Below, one piece after another: positions 28,556 to 37,034 of a stretch of 64,000 bases of DNA. The translations under genes were made by a program, and so were the position numbers. Source of the DNA: Myxococcota bacterium (GTDB lineage: Bacteria > Myxococcota_A > SURF-8 > G963663525); contig CAXXHC010000001.1 of the NCBI GenBank assembly GCA_963663525.2, positions 1,030,572-1,094,571 on the forward strand, read 5' to 3'. Numbering within the stretch: position 1 is the stretch's first letter; every line of letters starts with the position of its first letter. The notes beneath the pieces were generated by a model, which saw only the letters and a list, made by a program, of their open reading frames with translations, ran no database searches and had not been told where the DNA came from.

Positions 28556-28701
28556 TAGCACCAGTTGGGCAAATATTGAAAGCGATCATGTTTTTTGTTG
28601 GTGCTGGCCTTTTTCTGCTGGCGCGTATTTTCATGCATAACGAAAAGAAAGCCGATAGTTTAATGGATGATTCAACGACAACAAGTTCGGAACCAGAGTA
28701 A
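28556..28701 (+). pseudogene. 3' part of the split small membrane protein gene
   Basis: (c)TA gca cca gtt... = (L)APVGQILKAIMFFVGAGLFLLARIFMHNEKKADSLMDDSTTTSSEPE*. In frame with 25854..25915 after IS removal. Confidence 0.65.
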
Positions 28702-28848
28702 TCTTTCTTCCATACAATATTCAATGTAAACACTTACGAAAGTAGAACCCGCAAGAACGGTAAAGTTCATCCCTATTCCTCCGCTCAGTTTATCTCCCGC
28801 GAGTGATAGAAAACCAATGCAGCCGAACGCATCCCAGATTTTTTATTT

Positions 28849-29355
28849 CTACTTGGCCCATTTGCCTTTGGCGAACCATTCCTCGGGCGGCTCGATAGTC
28901 TCCGAAGTCCAGGTGAGGTAACTTCTCGGCCAAGTCGATTTGACCGTGACTCCGTCAAGTTTCAAATGATACTTTTCTTTGATCTGCTTCAGCAACTCTT
29001 CACCGGAGGTATAGAGCGGAGTGAGATTCCACGTGCGATGTTTTTCATATTTTGCGCCTGAAATCAGTTTCGTATTGTCCAGGCTGAAAGCAATATGTTC
29101 GATTTCTGGTTCATTGCCCTTAAGTTCAGCCAACATCTCTCCGGAAGAAACATTCCATAATCGAATGTTATTATCCGCCTCAGTTGTAGCCACCATTTTA
29201 TTGTCTGAAGAAAACGCAATGGCTTTTTTTCCTCCGACATTCGCATCGAGCCGTTTTTGTTCTCTCAATGTCTCCCCATCCCAGAGCCAAATGGCGAGAT
29301 CCCGACTCCCGGAAGCCAACTTTGAACCATCTGGGGAAAAAACCAAGCTACTCAC
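28849..29355 (-). pseudogene. WD40-repeat protein fragment (C-terminal part only)
   Basis: Opens directly in a WD repeat (LVFSPDGSKLASGSRDLAIWLWD; NNIRLWNVSSGE) at a GTG with no N-terminal domain or RBS. AT-rich. Probably a remnant. Confidence 0.45.
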
Positions 29356-29436
29356 GGGAAATTCATGCGCCTTAACCTTGTCTATAATACTTGTGCTATG
29401 ATGACGACTTCTTCAGGCATACTTGGGAGTCCAGCA

Positions 29437-31215
29437 ATGAAAAACACCACAGCTCTGTCTTGTTTTGGGACGGCTTTATTCGCCTGCATCGCGATCGCTT
29501 GCACCGACGAAGGACGCCCATCTACCAACCACGGCGATGAGGAATCCGAAGCGGTGGAAAACGAAATTCCGCAAACGGTTTCCGATTCTTTCAAGGTCCG
29601 AGCTACAGTCAACCAGATCTACATTTGGATGGCCGAAGCCGAAACCAACTTCGAAGTGTTGGATTCTACTGGAGAAATCGTTTTTACCGACGCTACCGAT
29701 TACCAAGGTTCTCTCGTTGTTCGCGAGTTGGCAGACGGAACCGGATACACCGTCCGTCTCGCCGACGACCCGGACGATCTCACCGACCAACTCCACGTCA
29801 TGTCGGTTGAAAACTCGCTGCCGGACGTGTCTTTTTACGAAGAACAGGTCATCGAGCCGGGATACGGTTACATCACGATGCGCGACGGTACCAAGCTCTC
29901 GATTTTCGTCTCCCTTCCCGGACCGGTGGAAGAAGGCCCTTATCCAACCGTCGTCAATTATTCGGGATACAGTCCCAGTCGTCCGGGCCGCTCGCTGGGT
30001 GAAGATGCCGAGATTTTCTGCGGAACCTATCCCATTTTATGCGACGCGCCCTCTCATCCTTCGGGATTGATTGCAGGCGTCATGGGTTATGCTTCCGTTG
30101 GAGTGAACCTTCGTGGCACGGGCTGTTCGGGTGGAGCGTACGACTATTTCGAACCCCTCCAGTTGCTCGACGGCTACGACGTGATCGAAATCATCGCCAG
30201 GCAGAAATGGGTCAAGCACCACAAAGTCGGCATGGTGGGATTGTCTTATCCCGGCATTACACAACTTTTTGTCGCCTCGACTCAACCCCCTTCTCTCGCG
30301 GCGATTTCGCCGTTTTCCGTGATTGCCGACACCGCAACCTCAACGCTCGTTCCCGGCGGCATCTACAACAACGGATTCGCACTGGAATGGATCGAAATGG
30401 TGCTGAACAAGGCCGAACCGTACGCCCACGGCTGGATTACCGAACTCGTAGAACAGGGGGATACGATTTGCGAAGAGCATCAACTCCTTCATAGCCAAAA
30501 GCTGGATGCAATCCAAAAAGCCCTGGATAATCCATACTATACGGAAGAAGTCGCCGGGCAATACGACCCCACCCGCTTCGTCGATAAAATCGACGTTCCC
30601 GTGTTCTTGACCGGGCAGAGCCAGGACGAGCAAACCGGCCCTCATTTCCCGATCCTGTTCGGCAAGTTCGACCAGGCCCCGGTGAAACGTTTCACCATGA
30701 CCAACGGCGTGCATCCGGACGGTTTCGCACCTCAGAACCTGATCGAATGGGCGCATTTTCTCGCGTTTTACGTGGATCAGGAAATTCCACAGTTGGATCC
30801 CCTGCTTTACACCATGGTGCCGATTTTCATCGAAGATGTGTTTCATTCTTCAGGTTTGGAGTTGCCCACCAATCGATTCGAGGGATACACGGATTTCGAG
30901 CAAGCGCTCGCCGATTACGAAGCCGAGCTGGATATCCGCGTGATTTTCGAGTCCGGGGCGCATGAAGATGTCGATCCTGGAGCGCCACGAGGACGTTTCG
31001 ACGTCAAATTCTCTGAATGGCCGATTCCGGAAACTCAGGTGTTGCGGCTATATTTCCGACCCGATGGCGGCCTGAGCGAAGACCTGCCATCGGAGGACAG
31101 TGGCGCCAGCCAATTCGAGCACGATCCCGACGCAGGCAGTCGCGTTACGCTGGTAGATGGCTATATCGACATTCCGCAGCCGAATTACGACTACGTTCAA
31201 CTGGTGGAAGGAAAA
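29437..31215 (+). pseudogene. CocE/NonD-family (S15 X-Pro dipeptidyl-peptidase-like) serine hydrolase lipoprotein, N-terminal part, interrupted by ISL3 type 2
   Basis: ATG at 29437 with a GGGAG RBS. Lipobox LFACIAIAC-TDEG. Nucleophile motif GLSYPG. The frame is broken at 31216 by the IS. The track ORF 29365..31332 reads into the IS. Confidence 0.8.
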
Positions 31216-32727
31216 GGCTCTTCGCTGTTTAGTGTGGGTAACGGCAGCTTATGCATCGGCTTCGCCGATCCGGGGACCCGTCCCCGCACCCCTGGGATTT
31301 ATCGCTTTGAAGTCCAAACCTGGTTGTTGTAATAAGGGATAAAGAGAAAAGGAGAGGTTTCCCCCTCCTTTCCAGGTTCGGACCTTCGACGGCGCTCGGG
31401 TCGCGTCCCCGCGTTGCCTTATCCTCCGCCGAAGTTCTGCCAGTGTAACCTTTGCACACTGAAGGAGCAAGAGATGGACGAGCGCGGACTTTTCACGATG
31501 GCTCTTGGATTGACCCCTCCCTGGGAGGTGGTGGATATTGACTTTGACGCCGAGCGCCACCGGTTGGATCTGTACCTGGATTTTCCCGCCGGGAGCCGGT
31601 TTGCGTGCCCGCAATGCGAGGTGGCTTGCGGGGTTCACGATACGAACGAGAGGAGTTGGCGACATCTGAACTTTTTTCAGCACGAGGCGTATCTTCACGC
31701 ACGCCTACCCCGGATCAAATGCCCTGAACACGGAGTAAAAACGGTGGAGGTACCTTGGGCGCGTCCTGGTGCGGGGTTCACGCTGCTTTTTGAGGCGCTG
31801 GTACTGCTTATGGCCAGAAAGGGCATGACGCCCAAGGGGATCGGCGAAATACTTGGTGAGCACGACACGCGGATCTGGCGGGTGCTGGAATACTATGTGG
31901 ACTCGAGTCTGGCGAAGCAGGACTGGTCCGAGGTCGAAGCGGTGGGCGTGGATGAAACCAGCCGTTCCCGTGGGCACGACTACGTGACGGTGTTCGTGGA
32001 CATGGACGAGGCGAAGGTTCTGCACGTGGAGCCCGGCAAAGACCACCGGACGGTGGCGGGCTTCGAGGCTGAGCTTCACGCTCACGGCGGTAAACCCGAA
32101 CAGGTGAAAGAGTTCAGCATGGACATGTCAGCGGCGTTCATCAAGGGGGTTGGGAAACAGTTTCCCGATGCGGCGATGACCTTCGACCGCTTCCACGTGA
32201 TGAAGCTTGTCAACAAGGCCGTGGACGAGGTGCGGCGTGAGGAGCGCCAAGACAGGACTGAGTTGGAAAAGACGAGATGGGTCTGGTTGAAAAACGAGCA
32301 AAACCTTACGGACAAAGAGCGAGAGAAGTTCGATGAGTTGAAAGACAGCACGCTGAAAACGGCCAGGGGCTATCGGCTCAAAGAGACGCTTCAGTCGGTA
32401 TATGCCGACTACGCAGGCCATCCAGATGACGGTGAGAAGCAGTTGCAGTACTGGTATTTCTGGGCCACGCACAGCCAACTGCCGCCGATGATCAAGGTAG
32501 CCAAAACGATCAAGACCCACTGGGATGGGGTATTGCGGTGGTTTCAGTCAGGTTTGACACAAGGGCTGGTGGAAGGCATCAACGGTATAATTCAGGCGGC
32601 CAAGCGCAAGGCCAGAGGGTTCAGGTCGTTTAGGAAGCTTCGAACCATGATCTTCCTCGTCGCTGGAAAGCTAGACTTCGACCTGCCGCAGATGAAACTG
32701 CTTACCCACAGTAAATAGCGAGGAGGC
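31216..32727 (+). mobile_element. ISL3-family element type 2, copy 1 (1512 bp)
   Basis: Classic ISL3 ends ggctcttcgctgtttagtgtgg / ccacagtaaatagcgaggaggc. Direct 8-bp TSD AAGGAAAA (31208-15 and 32728-35). Offset from copy 2 is exactly 11190 bp at both ends. Confidence 0.9.
31474..32718 (+). CDS. ISL3-family transposase (414 aa from the ATG at 31474)
   Basis: GAAGGAG RBS. MDERGLFTMALGLTPPWEV, zinc-finger-like CPQCEVACGVHD, VGVDETSRSRGHDYVTVFVD, DRFHVMKLVN, GLVEGINGIIQAAKRKARGFRS. Confidence 0.9.
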   Translation: MDERGLFTMALGLTPPWEVVDIDFDAERHRLDLYLDFPAGSRFACPQCEVACGVHDTNERSWRHLNFFQHEAYLHARLPRIKCPEHGVKTVEVPWARPGAGFTLLFEALVLLMARKGMTPKGIGEILGEHDTRIWRVLEYYVDSSLAKQDWSEVEAVGVDETSRSRGHDYVTVFVDMDEAKVLHVEPGKDHRTVAGFEAELHAHGGKPEQVKEFSMDMSAAFIKGVGKQFPDAAMTFDRFHVMKLVNKAVDEVRREERQDRTELEKTRWVWLKNEQNLTDKEREKFDELKDSTLKTARGYRLKETLQSVYADYAGHPDDGEKQLQYWYFWATHSQLPPMIKVAKTIKTHWDGVLRWFQSGLTQGLVEGINGIIQAAKRKARGFRSFRKLRTMIFLVAGKLDFDLPQMKLLTHSK

Positions 32728-32735
32728 AAGGAAAA

Positions 32736-33290
32736 GCCCTGAGTTTTATCACCGAAGCATTGGATGAGGATCTGGTGATGGTGGGTTCGGGAAGTGTGGA
32801 TCTCTGGTTGAAAAGCACAGCCGACGACGCCGACCTGGAAGTGAATCTTACCGAAGTCCGCCCCGATGGTCGGGAATCCTATATCCAGAGTGGGTGGTTG
32901 CGCGCCTCACACCGCAATCTTCTGCCTGAAACCACGGAACTTCGCCCCGTATCCTCCCATTACGAGGAAGATATCGAACCCCTCCAGGCAGACGTATGGA
33001 ATGAAGTACGAGTGGAAATCATGCCCTTTTCGCACATTTTCCGCGCAGGTTCACGCATACGCCTCAGCGTAGACACTCCCGGCGACAGCCGGGCACGGTG
33101 GCGCTTTTTGCTACTCGAATCGGACACCCCTCCGGTCCATACGATCGCGCACATGAAGGATTTCGCATCGAGTGTGGTGCTGCCCGTGATTCCGGATATC
33201 GATGTTCCTACAGAAATTCCCCCTTGTGAAGCATTGCGGGGCCAGCCTTGCCGGGATTATGTCGAATTCGAAAACCAGACAGCTCGGTAA
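32736..33290 (+). pseudogene. C-terminal (PepX_C-like) part of the interrupted CocE/NonD hydrolase
   Basis: gcc ctg agt ttt atc acc gaa... is in frame with codon ..gga aaa ending at 31215. ..GSGSVDLWLKSTADDADLEVNLTEVRPDGRESYIQSGWLRASHR.. is typical of the beta-sandwich C-domain. Confidence 0.8.
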
Positions 33291-33474
33291 ATGGAAAAAA
33301 TCTGTCAATACGACGAGTTACGGCTCCAACACGAAGTTTTAACGCTCTGGTTTTTTACCTCTTCGCGAGTCCAGGGAATCCGACGATACACCCTGTCCCT
33401 GTTACGCCTGAATGGGACACAATCGTTCTTTGATATTGCCGATGGCCAGTCCTGGTATTTTGGCTGGCTGACTA
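33291..33474 (+). CDS. Small ORF C1 (62 aa when restored), member of the C repeat family; last codons separated by an IS5 insertion
   Basis: MEKICQYDELRLQHEVLTLWFFTSSRVQGIRRYTLSLLRLNGTQSFFDIADGQSWYFGWLT. After removing 33475..35150 plus one CTA, it ends ..act aag tga (TK*), the same terminal AAG TGA as the 59-kb copy. No clear RBS. Coding status unproven. Confidence 0.35.
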
Positions 33475-33510
33475 GATCAGTCGTCCCTGAAAAAGTCCTC
33501 CGAAGAGATT

Positions 33511-34881
33511 TCAAGCGACTTCGGAATGGATGAGAACTCCCTGTTGGCAGTTTTCCTGTATCGACGGGGGGAAAATCTCTCCGAAAAGCACTCCTGGAAG
33601 GAGGCGCAAAAGAAGCCTCAGCAGCTTCCTCAGGTTGTATCCGCAGGCCGCCAGGATCGCGTTCATTCGGTCTCCGTCCCGATCCAGCAGGTAGTTGCGA
33701 TCCATCCGGTTGTCGTGTTTCACGTGTCCGATCAAAGGCTCCACCGCCGAACGACGACGCTGCCACTTCCTCTCCGAACGCGTCTGTCTGCGTTTCCCGT
33801 GTCCCTTGCCCGGAAGGTGAATCTGCGTTTTGCCCTCGTAGCCGTGACCGCGATAGCCTTTGTCCACGTGTGCGTGACGGGCGCGCAGACCCGTGAGGCG
33901 CTCCATCGTATCCAGCGCCTCGCTCAGCGTGTGGCCGTCGTAGGGATTGCCGTGATGCGCACGAACCCCCACGATCCAGTTGTCGCGGCTCGTGCTCACC
34001 ACGCTAACCTTGCAGCCGAACTCGTAGCGCTTGTGCGCCTTGCCTTTCGAGATGCACTCCACCTCCGGCGCGTGCAGGCTGTACAGCTTGTTCTTCGTGT
34101 GACGTTCCTGCGCGTGCAGACGCCGCGTCATCGCCAGCAGATCCTTCAGGTCCGCGTCCGGCTTCGGACGTTTGCGCTCGATGTCCCGGATCACCCGCCC
34201 CAGCCAGGTCTTGAGCTTCTTCAACTCCCGCTTCGCCCGGCGATGCTGGCGGGCGTGCCGGTAGCGGTTCTGCATCACCAGCGCACGCTTCGACACCCGC
34301 TTGTAGCTTTGCCTCAACTCGATACCCCGCAACCGCGCCGCATCCGCCAGTTTCGCCAGCATCGTGAACATCAGCTTCGCGTCCGTGGGATACGCAATGG
34401 CCTTTTCCTGCACCGTCGTGTCCACGTTGACGTGCGCCATCTCCCGCGAATTCAAGTCCCCACGACTTTTGGCCGTTTCCAGCAGCTGCGACAACAGCAG
34501 TTCCATGCGCCCTTCGCCGATACGTTTGCGCCATTTGGGCAGCAGGGACGAATCGCAGGGAAAGGTGTGCTGGAAATACGCGCAGCCGCAGAAGTACTGC
34601 CAGTACGGGTTTTCCACCCACCGGGCCACAACGGACTCGTCGGATTCGTCGAAGGCGTGCTTGAGATAGTGGATGCCGATCATCAGCCGCAAGTCCTTGC
34701 CGGGCCTGCCCATGGTTTCGCTGTACAGGCTGCCGAGTTCGGCGTCGAAGACCGGCCAATCGATCTCTCCGGCCAGTTTGCACAGCGGGTGGCGCAGGTC
34801 CAGGATGTTCTTCAGGCGAGAACGGAACAGATCGCCCGGCGACGGTTGACGTTTCGGCTTCATGTTTTGCAACCTTTTCAA
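33511..34881 (-). CDS. IS5-family DDE transposase (456 aa, DUF772-type N-terminus)
   Basis: DLFRSRLKNILDLRHPLCKLAGEIDWPVFD, GRPGKDLRLMIGIHYLKHAFDESDESVV, VDTTVQEKAIAYPTDAKL, VDKGYRGH, IGHVKHDNRMDRNYL. Confidence 0.9.
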   Translation of the reverse strand: MKRLQNMKPKRQPSPGDLFRSRLKNILDLRHPLCKLAGEIDWPVFDAELGSLYSETMGRPGKDLRLMIGIHYLKHAFDESDESVVARWVENPYWQYFCGCAYFQHTFPCDSSLLPKWRKRIGEGRMELLLSQLLETAKSRGDLNSREMAHVNVDTTVQEKAIAYPTDAKLMFTMLAKLADAARLRGIELRQSYKRVSKRALVMQNRYRHARQHRRAKRELKKLKTWLGRVIRDIERKRPKPDADLKDLLAMTRRLHAQERHTKNKLYSLHAPEVECISKGKAHKRYEFGCKVSVVSTSRDNWIVGVRAHHGNPYDGHTLSEALDTMERLTGLRARHAHVDKGYRGHGYEGKTQIHLPGKGHGKRRQTRSERKWQRRRSAVEPLIGHVKHDNRMDRNYLLDRDGDRMNAILAACGYNLRKLLRLLLRLLPGVLFGEIFPPSIQENCQQGVLIHSEVA

Positions 34882-34921
34882 GGGGATTCAAGCATTATCT
34901 TGCAATTTCTACTCCCCTTAG

Positions 34922-35095
34922 CCCGCATTATTCATGAGGATCGTAGCGAGACGCCGAAAACCGAAGATCTTTCATGAAGTTGGACCGATTTTCACCCGCA
35001 GGTATACTTTACAGTCTGTCGAGGATGAAAATCGGGAAACAAGTGAAAGATCGAGGATTTTCAAGTCGCAGCAGATTCTTCATGAATTATGCGGG
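34922..35095 (+). mobile_element. MITE-like element A, copy 1 (174 bp), nested in the 5' leader of the IS5 element
   Basis: Terminal inverted repeats cccgcattattcatga / tcatgaattatgcggg. Direct TTAG on both sides (34918-21 and 35096-99). 96% identical (7 mismatches) to 58827..59000. Confidence 0.75.
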
Positions 35096-35150
35096 TTAGA
35101 CTGCCAAAACTCCCTTTGTATTCAATAGATTATGTGTTTTTCAGGGACGA

Positions 35151-35402
35151 CTAAGTGACAGAAGCAACGTGAAGAGATTTCGATGTTCCATACGTTCTTT
35201 CGAATCACCGTTTCGTCCGACCCCGCGGGTGCCAGTGCTCCGACGAGAGCTTGACCGTGAATGGGGCGGACGATTCTTGCACGGAATCATGGCGCGTGAA
35301 ATACGACGCCGAATAGATGGATGAACGAAGGACGGCTTGACATCGATGAAAAAAAATGGGGGAATCTGCTTGACAAACAGGTCTCTCTTATAGATGGCAC
35401 CC
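35151..35402 (+). repeat. Repeat B, copy 1 (252 bp), non-coding segment that follows the small ORF family
   Basis: Aligned by hand block by block with the reverse complement of 58576..58826. The only differences are A8 versus A7 and one C/T substitution. Confidence 0.9.
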
Positions 35403-35482
35403 TTCCAAACAAACGTCCTTCCATGGAAATCATGGCAAGAAGTAGAACGGAATTGCCGCAGGGAGGGGAAGAAAACCGCCGA

Positions 35483-36232
35483 TTAAAAACTCAGATCGGC
35501 GGTTTCGACGGCTTTCATCAGGTTGGATTCGTTGTCGTCGGAGACGAGGGTGTAGACCAGTTTGCGATCGCGCCAGGCCACCACGTTGAAGCCGCGCCGC
35601 TGGTCGAGATAGACTTCGCGGTTTCCGGCGCGTCGCATGGTTCCGGCGAGCGGGTGGTTGTCACCGTCACTGGCCACCACCAGCGAATATCGCCGCCCCT
35701 CCCGCTGAAATCCGTAGTAGGCGGCGGAATGGTTGTACACGCGGTCCACGCGCCCGCCGACGAGTTCCATACGAGCCCCGGTGAATTTCACCGAGGGGAC
35801 GGCGAAGCCCGTCTTTTTGCGCAGGTAGCTGCGTACCGTCAGGTAGTCGGGTGACTGCACGTCGTAGGGTAGTTCCTTGGCGTGAACGTCCACCGCCGCT
35901 TCGACGACGGGGGAGATTTCGATGCGTGGTTGGAAGAGAATCACCGCGAACACGAGCGCCATGGCCATCGCCGGGGCGAGTTTCCAGGCCAGCGGCACGC
36001 TGTTTTTCCGCTGTTCTCTCAGCAAAAGCGTGATCTGAGCGCGGAGCGCGCGCGGGGCTTCCTCTCCGGCCAGCGCCTGGCGCATCCCACGTTTGAACCA
36101 CTGTTCGAACGCGACTTTCTGCTGGCAGACCGGACAGTATTTGAAATGGGATTCGATTTCCCGTTCTTCCCCTTCGGTGAATTCTCCGTCGAGGTACGGC
36201 TGAAGATATTGTTCGAAGTCTTTGCAATCCAT
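35483..36232 (-). CDS. Anti-sigma factor (zf-HC2 type, single TM)
   Basis: MDCKDFEQYLQPYLDGEFTEGEEREIESHFKYCPVCQQK (H-x3-C-x2-C). TM segment LAPAMAMALVFAVILF. Lies directly downstream of an ECF sigma gene. Confidence 0.85.
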   Translation of the reverse strand: MDCKDFEQYLQPYLDGEFTEGEEREIESHFKYCPVCQQKVAFEQWFKRGMRQALAGEEAPRALRAQITLLLREQRKNSVPLAWKLAPAMAMALVFAVILFQPRIEISPVVEAAVDVHAKELPYDVQSPDYLTVRSYLRKKTGFAVPSVKFTGARMELVGGRVDRVYNHSAAYYGFQREGRRYSLVVASDGDNHPLAGTMRRAGNREVYLDQRRGFNVVAWRDRKLVYTLVSDDNESNLMKAVETADLSF

Positions 36233-36245
36233 GAGTACTTCCCCC

Positions 36246-36905
36246 TCAGTGTTTCTCGCGCGATCCGTTGACCGCTTTGAGCGAGGTCACGGTTGCCTCT
36301 TTGCCCTCTTTATCGGCGTCATTCGACGCCACTTTCACGATTCCCTCGCGAACCGCGTACTCTTCCAGCACTTTTTTCAAGGCCCGGCGTCCCCGGTTGA
36401 GACGGGACATGATGGTGCCGATGGGGATGTCGAGCGCCTGGGCCGCTTCGGCATAAGAAAATTCCTGCAAATCCACCAGATCCACCACGATGCGGAAGTT
36501 TTCGGGCAGATCCCGAAACGCTTTCTGCACCTCGTCGCTCATCGAGTCGCCCATGGGAACGTCGTGACGCGCGAACTCCGTCTGCGTCCAGCTATCGATG
36601 AAGCGGCCTTCGATTTCGCCGAAATCGAAATCCCGCGCGACGTGTTCTTTTTCCCGGCGGTTTTTGCGGTACTGGTTGATGAAAGTGTTTGTAAGGATTT
36701 TGAACATCCAGGCCTTCAGATTGGTACCTTCTTGGAAACCATCCTTGAAACGGTAGGCGCGCAGGTAGGTTTCCTGCACGAGATCTTCGGCGTCTTTCTG
36801 ATTGCGAGTCATGCGCAAGGCGCTGGAGTAGAGACTGTCCATCATGGCGAGTGTTTGCTCGGTGAATTCGTTGTCTTTTTTGCGTGTCGAAAGCCAGCCG
36901 AACAT
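36246..36905 (-). CDS. ECF-type sigma-70 family factor
   Basis: [43 protein letters not shown] (region 2). [31 protein letters not shown] (region 4). Confidence 0.9.
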   Translation of the reverse strand: MFGWLSTRKKDNEFTEQTLAMMDSLYSSALRMTRNQKDAEDLVQETYLRAYRFKDGFQEGTNLKAWMFKILTNTFINQYRKNRREKEHVARDFDFGEIEGRFIDSWTQTEFARHDVPMGDSMSDEVQKAFRDLPENFRIVVDLVDLQEFSYAEAAQALDIPIGTIMSRLNRGRRALKKVLEEYAVREGIVKVASNDADKEGKEATVTSLKAVNGSREKH

Positions 36906-37034
36906 GCTGTCGTTCTCCTTGCGTTCCGGGTTCCCGAAAAACCCGGTGTTCCCTTCGTCGGGAGTGTCAACAACCTCTACCCGGCGATTATTCCCGACCC
37001 CGCTTTTTTTGCCGGGCGGGGGCGCAGATTTCGA

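Larger units (their letters stand above)
33475..35150 (-). mobile_element. IS5-family element (1676 bp including a nested 174-bp MITE)
   Basis: Subterminal inverted repeats (ga)tcagtcgtccctgaaaaa / tttttcagggacga. Direct 3-bp TSD CTA (33472-74 and 35151-53). Confidence 0.8.

Noticed and set aside
34934-35128. 64-aa ORF inside the MITE (and its counterpart in copy 2)
   Set aside because: The 7 substitutions between the copies do not look constrained. The ORF runs across the terminal inverted repeat into flanking DNA, which is typical of a fortuitous ORF in a MITE.
35321-35854. 177-aa + ORF starting inside repeat B. Also the TTGACA boxes in B considered as a sigma-70 promoter
   Set aside because: The ORF is antisense to the anti-sigma gene for most of its length. 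The two TTGACA boxes lack a properly spaced -10 element: 13 nt to TATAGA, or 17 nt to GGGAAT. I therefore do not call a promoter.
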